From: Candidatus Poribacteria bacterium
GTDB lineage: Bacteria; Poribacteria; WGA-4E; WGA-3G
Assembly: GCA_965220325.1 (NCBI GenBank)
Contig: OZ244821.1
Coordinates: 4,381,924 to 4,445,923 of the forward strand
Reading direction: 5' to 3'
DNA: 64,000 nt
Part shown: piece after piece, positions 1 to 8,576 of the stretch
Layout: each line of letters opens with the position of its first letter
Position numbering within the stretch: the stretch's first letter is position 1
The notes under the pieces: generated by a model
Database searches by the model: none
Seen by the model: the letters and a program-made list of their open reading frames with translations, nothing else
Told to the model about the DNA's origin: nothing
Program-made: the position numbers and the translations under genes

Positions 1-488
1 GTTGCCATCTTGAAAGCGATTCGGAAGATATCCGGGTTTGCTTCTTCGTTTGCTTTCACAAGTTGGCTATGAAATGAATCGTTTCGCTGTTTGTTCTCAT
101 ATTCGTTGAGATAGATAGCAGTCTCCACGGCTTCACGTTGACAGAAATAGAGGCGTGGTTCATTTTCTGGATTGTTCCAATGCTCAAGGAGCCGCCGTGT
201 CGTTGGTGTTACACCGGGATAACCGCTCTGCCGCCACGCCGCCACCTGTGTCCGAACGCTGTTGATAAACGTGTTCGCCTCTCGGAGATCGCTATCGGGA
301 AGCTCAAATTGTAGTTGTGCTTCTCCTGACTGCTTTTTCGGTTTCGGAAACGGCATGAAGTATTCACTTCTGCGTCTACCGTCAGCAATCTCTTCGGTGA
401 TACCGCGGGCATTGAATTTGAAATGTCGTTTCGGTTCTTCAAACGGACTATTGATAACTGGGTTGTCTATGTTAACTTTTGCCATGTG
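1..488 (-). CDS. ResIII-type SF2 helicase / Type III restriction Res-subunit-like protein, N-terminal fragment (gene runs off window start)
   Basis: Minus-strand ATG at 486-488, only 9 nt after the stop of the PIN-like gene (497). Translation MAKVNIDNPVINSPFEEPKRHFKFNARGITEEIADGRRRSEYFMPFPKPKK...RLYFCQREAVETAIYLNEYENKQ...IAFKMAT stays open to position 1. It resembles N-termini of ResIII/Type III Res-like helicases (from memory). It is absent from the ORF track because there is no stop in the window. Confidence 0.4.
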
Positions 489-496
489 GATGCCTT

Positions 497-1048
497 TTAT
501 CTTCCTTTTGAATGCCGCCTTTTCTCGCGTCGTTCGTGTAAGTGACGGATGTTCTCCTCACAGATGAATTCAACTATCAAACCGTTCTCAACAAATAGTG
601 ATCGTAAAGGATACCATTGGCTATCTACTGATTGTAGGAGAGTCGCTTTTTGCTGATGGACATTCTCGTACACCACTGCTACGGCAATAAATTTTTGGTC
701 ATCTGAGTCGAAATCACTGAATACATCAGGGAGTTCTTCAAAACCCTTTTCACCCGTAGATGATGGTGTGATATGCACCTGCACACACTGCTCAGGATTT
801 TTATAATTGCGGATGAACCACTCCAAAAAGTGGCCACCTGCTCTATTATCTGTTGTTGAATTATTATCTTCAAGGTAGGTGTTATATTCATTGAGAATTA
901 TCCAATTATCGTCAATAACGACCTTTTCAGGCCCCTCAATAATTAAATCCAACCGCTCTTGGCACAATATTACACACTCGGGCCACGCTTGTTTGGACAT
1001 ACCCTTTGCAGCCAAAATAACATTTGTATCTACGACAACAGTGCTCAT
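497..1048 (-). CDS. PIN-like (possibly TOPRIM-like) Rossmann-fold nuclease candidate, paralog 1, 183 aa
   Basis: N-terminal MSTVVVDTNVILAA (hhhDTNhh is typical of PIN motif 1) and an acidic cluster DFDSDDQKFIAVAV. The start ATG overlaps the stop of the upstream ATPase (ATGA at 1045-1048). A diverged paralog lies at 2358-2885. Confidence 0.5.
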   Translation of the reverse strand: MSTVVVDTNVILAAKGMSKQAWPECVILCQERLDLIIEGPEKVVIDDNWIILNEYNTYLEDNNSTTDNRAGGHFLEWFIRNYKNPEQCVQVHITPSSTGEKGFEELPDVFSDFDSDDQKFIAVAVVYENVHQQKATLLQSVDSQWYPLRSLFVENGLIVEFICEENIRHLHERREKRRHSKGR

Positions 1049-2361
1049 TCACCCTCCGTTTCCTTCTGACGTTTCATCTGCTCACGTGTCATTTTAACAA
1101 GATCACCCCGGACATTACCAAAGAAGTCTGGTGGCCAATTTGTGATGTTGCCGAGCTCATCTACGCCTAATGATTTAATAGTAGAAACGCCGCTTTCGTT
1201 TTCACAAAAATAGAGTGCTGTATCACTTGCGGCAATCTTCTGTTCCGCGATGTGGAGTTGCAGACGCGTTAAGAGGTGTTCGCTGTGGCTCTCTATAAGA
1301 ATCTGGAGGTTCCGTTCGGTGATAGCTTCTATTAGCAGATCAGCAAAGTCGGCTTGCGCCTTCGGATGGAGGTGGATACCCGGCTGTTCTAAAATTAGCG
1401 TTGAACCTTCCGGGACATAGCAGCAATGCACCAACAAGGGAAACAGATCGGAGACTCCGTGCCCCATGTCTGCTAACGTGACCTCTGCACTGTTAGAAGT
1501 TGTTTGGAAGCGGACTTCGTAATTGTTATCGTCTAAGGAACCTTTGGGAACAAGTGAAAAGGAGTGAGCAAGTTCTAACTTTCGGAGCCATTTAGATATT
1601 CGCTCCTCAATTGAGACATTTTTTCCGTTGTGAGGGGTTGTTAATTGTCTGACGCGCGCGGAGAGTAACGCGTCAACGGCTTTATCGCCTTGCAGATCTA
1701 TCTCCTCCGGATGTGTCCTTTTCCAGTGATAGTGACGTTGTGGATGAACGCGAGTCGGACCGAGCGGATAGACGTTAGCAAATAGATTTTCAAACGCAGC
1801 GGAAAGCGGCGATAAAGATTGATCCGTTTCCCTTGCTCGGTGACCATAACAGTTTGTCCCGCCTATAATACCATGTGACTTCTTTCCATGGTAAAGTTTT
1901 CCATTTTGCCATCCTATCTTTTGAATAACCTCAGGGCCAACAGTGTAACAAAAACGCTCAATTGACAGCCCATGAGAGCCTCCTCGGATTGCAGTATCAA
2001 AAGTGAAACTATCAATATCCAACGGAGCCAGTTCATAATTTCCTATATGTTTGTTAATTTCTTGATAGGCTATGATATTTGACGGTTTCTTGAGTTTACA
2101 TCCAAACTCTAATTCGAGCAGTTCATTTTCTTTGTGTCCATGAATTACTTCACGGAAGCTGCCGAGATTGAGGAGTGATGTTTCGTCCCCAAAGAAGATA
2201 ACTTCTTCCCGCCCAATAGTCTGCTTTAGCAACAACAGCATTTGCAACAGGCTGCTCTTCCCAGAACTATTCGTCCCAAAGAAACCAGTCAGTGGAGCAA
2301 GTTTCACCTCACCGCTGTCTTTCCACGATTTGAAGTTTTTTACATGTATATGTGTAATCAT
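1045..2361 (-). CDS. ABC-type AAA_15/AAA_21-like ATPase with DUF3696-like C-terminus, copy 1, 438 aa
   Basis: Walker A GFFGTNSSGKSSLLQ at the N-terminus. Walker B / H-loop region near the C-terminus reads LILEQPGIHLHP...LQILIESHSEHLL, followed by the C-terminal NWPPDFFG motif. The start overlaps the stop of upstream PIN-like copy 2 (ATGA at 2358-2361). Confidence 0.7.
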   Translation of the reverse strand: MITHIHVKNFKSWKDSGEVKLAPLTGFFGTNSSGKSSLLQMLLLLKQTIGREEVIFFGDETSLLNLGSFREVIHGHKENELLELEFGCKLKKPSNIIAYQEINKHIGNYELAPLDIDSFTFDTAIRGGSHGLSIERFCYTVGPEVIQKIGWQNGKLYHGKKSHGIIGGTNCYGHRARETDQSLSPLSAAFENLFANVYPLGPTRVHPQRHYHWKRTHPEEIDLQGDKAVDALLSARVRQLTTPHNGKNVSIEERISKWLRKLELAHSFSLVPKGSLDDNNYEVRFQTTSNSAEVTLADMGHGVSDLFPLLVHCCYVPEGSTLILEQPGIHLHPKAQADFADLLIEAITERNLQILIESHSEHLLTRLQLHIAEQKIAASDTALYFCENESGVSTIKSLGVDELGNITNWPPDFFGNVRGDLVKMTREQMKRQKETEGE

Positions 2362-2885
2362 CTTTCTTTCCTTCCTTGGCGTGGACGTTGCATATCCTCC
2401 TTACAGATGAGGTTAACGCTAACTCCATGGTTTGCAAGCGCAGCCATAAATTGAAGCCATCCTCTATCTATCGCCAAGAGAATTGGCGGAGTTTGTCCAG
2501 TATCGCGTTTGTGTGCCAGAGCAACGGCAATGAATTTTCTGTCATCAGAATCAAAACTAATTAATACATTGTCATCGGGAAATTCTTCAAAATCAGTCCC
2601 ATTTCCAGCCAATGATGTAATATGTACCATTGTGCAGATCTCTGGGTTTCCAAGATTTTGTAGTAACCTTTTCACAAAGAGATCGCCAATGCCTTTTCGG
2701 GTGTTTGGACGCGTATTATCCTGGTACTCTCCCAAAATTCGCCTTTTGTTGTCAATAACCACCTTTTCATGTTGGTCAATAATTTGTTGAATTCGCTCTT
2801 GACAACGGTCTCTACAATCTTTACGTTTGTCATCTGTATCATTTGCGATCACAATAACGTTCGTATCTACAATAACAGCGTCCAT
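2358..2885 (-). CDS. PIN-like nuclease candidate, paralog 2, 175 aa
   Basis: MDAVIVDTNVIVIAND...ISFDSDDRKFIAVALA has the same motif architecture as the 497-1048 protein (about 40% identity by eye). The start ATG overlaps the TAA of the upstream ATPase by 1 nt (TAATG at 2883-2887). Confidence 0.5.
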   Translation of the reverse strand: MDAVIVDTNVIVIANDTDDKRKDCRDRCQERIQQIIDQHEKVVIDNKRRILGEYQDNTRPNTRKGIGDLFVKRLLQNLGNPEICTMVHITSLAGNGTDFEEFPDDNVLISFDSDDRKFIAVALAHKRDTGQTPPILLAIDRGWLQFMAALANHGVSVNLICKEDMQRPRQGRKER

Positions 2886-4234
2886 TAACCCTCCGCTCTC
2901 TTTTGACGTTCTCTTTGTGCTTCTGTCATAGCAAACAGATCTCCCATTTCGTCCCCAAAGAAATTTTCGGGCCAGTTCGCTATATTACCGAATTCATCCA
3001 TTTCTAACTTGTCAATTTCAGAAATACCTTCTTCATTACGGCAGAAATAGAGGGCAGTTTTATCAACGCTAATCTTTTCCTCAGCAATACGCCGCTGCAA
3101 CCGGTTTAAGAGGTGTTCGCTGTGGCTCTCCACCAAAATCTGAAGGTTGCGTTCCGTAATAACTTCTATCAGTAGGTCTGCAAGTTGGGATTGAACCTTC
3201 GGATGGAGATGCATGCCCGGTTGTTCCAAGATTAGTGTAGAACCCTCTGGAGCATAATAGCAATGCACTAACACTGGCAGAAATTGTGCTAACCCGTAAC
3301 CCATGTCAGCTAGCGTGACCTTCGCGCTATCAGGTGTCTTTTGAATAAGGACATCATAATCCCGATCTGTGCCTACACTACTCCGTTTAATAGAAAAGGC
3401 ATAACCAAGATCCATTTCTCGGAGCCACCAAGAGATTCGCTTCTCAATAGAGACATTTTTTCCTTCATAAGGCGTTGTTCGCTGATCCACGCGAGCGTTG
3501 AGTAGAGAGTCAATCATATTTTCGCCGCTTTGCCCGATGCTTTCAGGATGTGTTCCTTCCCAATGGTAGATACGTTTCGGTTGGACGCGAGTCGGACCGA
3601 GCGGATAGACGTGAGCAAATAGTCTCCTAAATTCAAATGCAAATCGGGTTATTGGATCGCGGCTTGGGTCAGGATGGTGGGATTGACCATAGATTTTTCC
3701 TGAGAAATTTCCCGTTATGACCTGCCCCTTATTTCCCGATTTAGTACGGGGACCAAAGACTATAGAAGGAGTGCTGAAATCACCGTTTACAACTTGCTCT
3801 TCATTTTCAGATTTAACGTGGTAATGACCTTTTTCAACAGAGACTCTGTTCTTTCTGCAAAAAATAGTAGCATTAAAGGTAAAACTCTCAACATTTAACG
3901 AAGCATCAATATAACCATTGAACTGATCACGGAGAGGGATAGTAAACGGCTCCTGGACCTTACATCCAAATTCCAACTCAAGCAAGGCATCTTCTTTATG
4001 CCCATGAATCACTTCACGGAAATTGCCGAGATTAACGAGAGATCCTTCATCACCGAAGAAGATAATTTCATTTAAATCTGGACGCTCTGCGGTCTGTTTA
4101 AGCAGCAGGAGCATCTGCAACAGGCTGCTCTTCCCAGAACTATTAGTCCCGAAAAAGCCTGTCAACGGTGCAAGTTTCACCTCGCCACTATCTTTCCACG
4201 ATTTGAAATTTTTCATCCGTATATGTGTAATCAT
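2885..4234 (-). CDS. ABC-type AAA_15/AAA_21-like ATPase with DUF3696-like C-terminus, copy 2, about 449 aa
   Basis: Start re-assigned to the ATG at 4232-4234 (MITHIRMKNFKSW, matching the paralog MITHIHVKNFKSW). It has a GGAGG Shine-Dalgarno 8 nt upstream; the ORF-track start at 4321 lacks an RBS. Walker A GTNSSGKSS; C-terminus LILEQPGMHLHP...ESHSEHLL...NWPENFFG. Confidence 0.7.
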   Translation of the reverse strand: MITHIRMKNFKSWKDSGEVKLAPLTGFFGTNSSGKSSLLQMLLLLKQTAERPDLNEIIFFGDEGSLVNLGNFREVIHGHKEDALLELEFGCKVQEPFTIPLRDQFNGYIDASLNVESFTFNATIFCRKNRVSVEKGHYHVKSENEEQVVNGDFSTPSIVFGPRTKSGNKGQVITGNFSGKIYGQSHHPDPSRDPITRFAFEFRRLFAHVYPLGPTRVQPKRIYHWEGTHPESIGQSGENMIDSLLNARVDQRTTPYEGKNVSIEKRISWWLREMDLGYAFSIKRSSVGTDRDYDVLIQKTPDSAKVTLADMGYGLAQFLPVLVHCYYAPEGSTLILEQPGMHLHPKVQSQLADLLIEVITERNLQILVESHSEHLLNRLQRRIAEEKISVDKTALYFCRNEEGISEIDKLEMDEFGNIANWPENFFGDEMGDLFAMTEAQRERQKRAEG

Positions 4235-4351
4235 TTTTTCTGCCTCCGTATTAACTCTATTATACGCAATTTCACGAGAAAATTCAAGCGGATCAATATA
4301 AAGTAGAACCAAGATCCACATCGAAAATTGAATGATCCTGAAATGAGATTT

Positions 4352-4381
4352 GACTTGTGTTGCAAATATATGCTATAATTT
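4352..4381 (+). promoter_or_regulatory. sigma-70-like promoter (TTGACT - 18 nt - TATAAT) for the Rpn-family gene, in the divergent intergenic region
   Basis: ttgacttgtgttgcaaatatatgctataat lies 24 nt upstream of the AAGGAAA RBS and the ATG at 4405. Confidence 0.4.
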
Positions 4382-4404
4382 GCTAAAATAGAAAAGGAAA
4401 TAGA

Positions 4405-5325
4405 ATGGCGATTTTTGATACCCTTACCAAAACGCAAGCACAAACACACCCCATGGACTTCGTCAATTACTGCCTAAACTTTGAGCAAGACGAGGCTACT
4501 TTCGTTGAATTGATCGTACCGGAGCAACCTACGGTTGAAATGCACCAGGCAGATATCGTCATCAAAGTAGAACGCAACGGTCAAGAGATTCTGGTCCATT
4601 TCGAGTTTCAAACCACCGACAGTTATGATCCTGAGATGTCTCTGAGGATGGCAGGTTATATCATTCGGTTGGTTGAAACGTATCGGTTGCCGGTGTATTC
4701 AAGTGTTATCTACCTTCGACCGGATGCGGGTCGAAGGGACCGTGGCGTTTATGTGCAGAACATAGCGGAACATCAGATTTTCATTGAATATAAGGTTTTT
4801 CGGCTCATTGAGATGGACGGGCAGCGGATCCTTGATGCCAAACCTACAGGATTGCTCCCTTTCACGCCGCTGATGAAACGTCCGGCGGGTGTAGATGCTG
4901 AGCAATGGCTGCGCCGGTGTATCCAAACCGCCGATAGCGTTGATGTCTCGAACAAACCAGCGTACCTCGGCACCTTGGCGGTTTTGGGAAATTTAGTCTA
5001 TGAATCGGAAGTAATTTCACGTATCATTTCGGAGGAAACCATGCAGCAACGTAATATTATTGAATACTGGACAGAGAAAGCCACAGCAGAAGCACACCAA
5101 CAAGGCCTCAAGCAAGGCCTCGAGCAAGGTATGAGAGAACGGGCCCTTGAAGACATTCTTGAAGCATTGGAACTCCGATTACAGCCCGATGCTGCGAGCA
5201 CCTTCAAGCCCATATTAGAAACGATTGAGGATTCCCAACGTCTCAAGCAGCTGTTTCGCGCCGCACTCTTAGCTGAAAGCACAGAAGACTTCGCACAGGT
5301 TTTAGCGGCAGACAGAGGTGTATAA
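4405..5325 (+). CDS. Rpn-family recombination-promoting nuclease / putative transposase (PD-(D/E)XK, Transposase_31/DUF4351-like)
   Basis: ADIVIKVE...ILVHFEFQTT gives the D...E-x-Q catalytic motif of the Rpn/YhgA family. The C-terminal QQGLKQGLEQGMRE repeat region is typical of DUF4351 tails. A good RBS (aaaaggaaataga) precedes the ATG. Confidence 0.65.
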   Translation: MAIFDTLTKTQAQTHPMDFVNYCLNFEQDEATFVELIVPEQPTVEMHQADIVIKVERNGQEILVHFEFQTTDSYDPEMSLRMAGYIIRLVETYRLPVYSSVIYLRPDAGRRDRGVYVQNIAEHQIFIEYKVFRLIEMDGQRILDAKPTGLLPFTPLMKRPAGVDAEQWLRRCIQTADSVDVSNKPAYLGTLAVLGNLVYESEVISRIISEETMQQRNIIEYWTEKATAEAHQQGLKQGLEQGMRERALEDILEALELRLQPDAASTFKPILETIEDSQRLKQLFRAALLAESTEDFAQVLAADRGV

Positions 5326-5378
5326 CTAATTATCCGTGTAATCCGAGCTTCAGACATTGCATAACCTGACAGGTTAGG

Positions 5379-8063
5379 CTACAAAATCTTATACTCTTTC
5401 ATCACCTCATCGCCGTAGTGATTGATGACTTTTACTGCGATTTTGCCGGTTTCAGGTTTTGCAAACGGTAGACTCTCTGTCCGATAAAGTGCTTCCCACG
5501 CCTCCGCGTCAATTTCCGAATTCAGGGCGCGCTTCAGCTGCTTATAAGGCTCATCCTCACCCGTGAAATAGGCATGTCGCACAAAAAACGCTTCACCGTT
5601 ATAAGCAGTATCAATGAACCAGCAAGCGATGTCTTCCGGTGTGTCGGAGCGGGTTAACCCCTGCTTTGGATCGTATACATCCACGCCCAAAAGTTTCACA
5701 GAGTGTGTCCCATCTTCATGATTCACAATCTCGACATCCGGTTCTCCAAACACCATGAACAGATTGCCTTGACCTGTGTTTTTAAGTTCGCGCACCATTA
5801 ACTCAGGACTCATCTTAACCGGTAGGATGGTAAGCCGTCCCATGCGTGTGTCCTCACCGGCGGTATAGCCTTCAAACGCAAAACCGGCAATAATGAGTAA
5901 ATCAAATCGCGGGGTTCGGCGCGCTGCTTCCTTCGCAGCCTCGTTTATCCACTGGCTACCCACAGTAATGGATTGGGGAGCGATACTAATAGCGACATTG
6001 GGCATATTGTTATCTGCATCGGTATACGCACCTTCTGCATGTAACCACTCACCGGGCAGTTCCTCCAACCAATCAAAGGTAATGCGCTGCCCCTGAAGGC
6101 GGTTTTGCACACCTCCTGTTTTCAGATGTTCAAGGATATGCTGGTGATAATCTTGTGAAACATCTGGGGCAGCAGGCGTTGGCGCAGCAGTCTCTGCATC
6201 AATAGAATCAAGCACGAAATGTGGCGATAAACTTTCTACAGTGAACGGACCTGTGACGCGAACCCGTTTTTTGTCTTCATGCGGTTGATCGTAGAGTATC
6301 TCTTTTTTTGCACGCCGTGCAGTTGAGGCATCCATGGCAAGTTGTCGTTCACGTTTGAGGTTGAGCCATTGACGATGTAAATTCTGGAATTCGGAGTCCC
6401 ATTCACTATCAGTCTCTGCTGGCACTTCCCACTCTTCCCAGTTTTGCCCCATGAGACGGTTCATTTCAGCACGCAGCGGATCCAGCTTTGCTGCATATTC
6501 GATATAGATGTCGTCAACCTCTGTGTTATTTGCCATGTCTGAGAGACTGATATCCGGGGCTGTTTTGTAAATAAAACCCTCCTTGATGTCGTCTGTATTT
6601 TCAAGACGATAGTAGGGATATTTGGCAGATATGAGGCGCGTACGTGCCAGTGCAAGTGCGACGCGTGAGGTATCTACTGTTATCCATCGTCTGCCCCACT
6701 GCTCTGCAACATAAGCAGTTGTGCCGCTACCACACGTCGGATCAAGCACGAGATCTCCAGGGTCCGTTGCCATGAGTACGCACCGTTGAATTACCTTAGG
6801 GTGAGTCTCTACAACGTACTTTCTTCCAGAACGACCTCCTGCTGTATCTATCCATAGGTTAGTAATCGGGTTCCCTGGTGAATCAACTGCATATCGGATA
6901 TAACGCAAGGCACTTCTTTTTCCAGTAAGTCTTTCCTGCTTTGCAAGTCGATTTAAACCTTCATTGCTCGCACTCCACGTTCTGGAACCAGGTGGAGTAA
7001 AAGTTTTTCCTTGAAATTCATATTCATCAGCATAACCTTGAGAACTCTGTGACGATACTGAAAGGTTTATAAATCTTCTGCTTCCTGGTGGCAAAAGCCC
7101 TGGATTTTCTTGCTCATCCCTTGTCATTCCACGCCTCGTTCCGTTTTCTAACTCAACCTGGGTGTAAGATTTAAGCAGAGGATCAGCTATGCGTTCATCC
7201 CATTCCATCCAAAGTTGTCGATACTTCACCATTTCCTTGTCTTTCGCATACCATAGGATATAATCTGATACTGACGCTAAGGAGGTAGATGAAGTCATAT
7301 TCGTACGAGTCCATGTAATTGTAGAGATAAAATTATTATCTCCGAAGATTTCATCTAATAAGCATCTAACACGGTGAACGTTCTCATCGCTAATCTGAAT
7401 AAAGATACTGCCGCTATCCGTTAGCAATTCACGGGCAACAGTAAGGCGATCGCGTAAATAAGCAAGGTAAGAATGGATGCCGAGTTCCCATGTATCTCGA
7501 AATGCTTTAACCTGTTCTGGTTGTGGTGTAACATCTTCTGCACCAGTATCACCAACTTCATTTTTGCGAGTGCTGACCTGCCAATTGCTGCTGAATTTAA
7601 TCCCGTACGGCGGATCAAAATAGATTATCTGCACCGCACCTTTGAGATGTTCTTTTTCGGCAAGCGAGTTCATCGCCGTAAGTGAATCACCTAAGATAAA
7701 ACGGTTGTGCCAGTTTTGTTCGTGTTCGTAGAATTCGATTTTTTGGTTGAAATCAAGACCGTCGAAACCTTCAAAGAGCAACTCTATCTGCTCTGATTCT
7801 CGCCGCTTTTGTGCGCGAAGGTTTTCAATAATCGCTTGGGGTTGGATATGTTCTTGCGTGTAGATAGGTACGGCTGGCACTTCAAGATCGCTATCGTTCT
7901 GTTGGTCCTTGCCTTTCCAGACGAGTTGCGGGTCAAGTGCTACGTCGCGCGGGTAACGGGTGGGTGCGTTTTCTTCATCTTCAGCGAATCCGCTTAATTC
8001 TTGGGTCGGGTTGTTCGGAAGTGTGTCAGGGTGTTCGTAATGGTCAATCGGTTTTTTCGGCAT
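5379..8063 (-). CDS. Beta-class N6-adenine/N4-cytosine DNA methyltransferase (Type III Mod-like), ~894 aa, with a C-terminal domain of unknown function
   Basis: Motif IV IIYFDPPYG lies about 290 aa before motif I TCGSGTTAYVAEQWGRRWITVD, the beta-class order with an intervening target-recognition domain as in Type III Mod. Start re-assigned to the ATG at 8061-8063 (MPKKPIDHY), which has an AAGGAG RBS; the ORF-track start at 8213 has none. Confidence 0.75.
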   Translation of the reverse strand: MPKKPIDHYEHPDTLPNNPTQELSGFAEDEENAPTRYPRDVALDPQLVWKGKDQQNDSDLEVPAVPIYTQEHIQPQAIIENLRAQKRRESEQIELLFEGFDGLDFNQKIEFYEHEQNWHNRFILGDSLTAMNSLAEKEHLKGAVQIIYFDPPYGIKFSSNWQVSTRKNEVGDTGAEDVTPQPEQVKAFRDTWELGIHSYLAYLRDRLTVARELLTDSGSIFIQISDENVHRVRCLLDEIFGDNNFISTITWTRTNMTSSTSLASVSDYILWYAKDKEMVKYRQLWMEWDERIADPLLKSYTQVELENGTRRGMTRDEQENPGLLPPGSRRFINLSVSSQSSQGYADEYEFQGKTFTPPGSRTWSASNEGLNRLAKQERLTGKRSALRYIRYAVDSPGNPITNLWIDTAGGRSGRKYVVETHPKVIQRCVLMATDPGDLVLDPTCGSGTTAYVAEQWGRRWITVDTSRVALALARTRLISAKYPYYRLENTDDIKEGFIYKTAPDISLSDMANNTEVDDIYIEYAAKLDPLRAEMNRLMGQNWEEWEVPAETDSEWDSEFQNLHRQWLNLKRERQLAMDASTARRAKKEILYDQPHEDKKRVRVTGPFTVESLSPHFVLDSIDAETAAPTPAAPDVSQDYHQHILEHLKTGGVQNRLQGQRITFDWLEELPGEWLHAEGAYTDADNNMPNVAISIAPQSITVGSQWINEAAKEAARRTPRFDLLIIAGFAFEGYTAGEDTRMGRLTILPVKMSPELMVRELKNTGQGNLFMVFGEPDVEIVNHEDGTHSVKLLGVDVYDPKQGLTRSDTPEDIACWFIDTAYNGEAFFVRHAYFTGEDEPYKQLKRALNSEIDAEAWEALYRTESLPFAKPETGKIAVKVINHYGDEVMKEYKIL

Positions 8064-8142
8064 AGAATCTCCTTTGCTGTTGGCTAAAGATGATGCCTCA
8101 TTTTTTTCGTGAATGCTTGCGAATCTAAATACGTTGGTAGAT

Positions 8143-8520
8143 TCATGGGCGGACGATCTGTTGTTGTTTGAGTGCTTCGATTTCTTGTGTGAGTGTCTCA
8201 ATCTGTTTTTCAAGAGTCTGATCTTTTCTGCTACGCCTGCTTGCTAAGATGCCCCACACTGTTGCACCGATGGCAAGAATCGCTAAAGGGATACCAATGC
8301 AAGCGATAATGATGTTATTGAGTCTGTCGAAATTCTTTTCAAGGCTCGCAAATTTGTCGTCAACTCCCTGAAATTTGTCGTCAATCTTTTCATTTAGATT
8401 CTTAATTTCGGTTTTTATCACCGCGATTTCGGTCTCTACATCCATCTGTGGTGTTTGACAGAGTGCTGGAAACCCAGCGATAGCACCTAAAAGTAGTGAA
8501 AGTGCAAGAACATATTTCAT
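8143..8520 (-). CDS. Hypothetical secreted/membrane-anchored coiled-coil protein
   Basis: Start at the ATG at 8518-8520 (MKYVLALSLLLGAIAGFPALC signal peptide) with an AAGGAG RBS. Central coiled coil; C-terminal TM helix IIIACIGIPLAILAIGATVWGILA. Confidence 0.4.
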   Translation of the reverse strand: MKYVLALSLLLGAIAGFPALCQTPQMDVETEIAVIKTEIKNLNEKIDDKFQGVDDKFASLEKNFDRLNNIIIACIGIPLAILAIGATVWGILASRRSRKDQTLEKQIETLTQEIEALKQQQIVRP

Positions 8521-8576
8521 CAAATGTCTCCTTTTAGAAAGAGTCAATCACATTTGCTTTTGTGTGGCAAAAAATG

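Noticed and set aside
4235-4321. Longer start for ATPase copy 2 (MWILVLLYIDPLEF...)
   Set aside because: The paralog begins MITHIHVKNF. The ATG at 4234 has GGAGG 8 nt upstream.
8064-8213. Longer N-terminal extension of the methyltransferase ORF (MKNRLRHSHKK...)
   Set aside because: It has no RBS and a basic low-complexity start. The internal ATG at 8063 has a perfect AAGGAG RBS and begins a plausible N-terminus.
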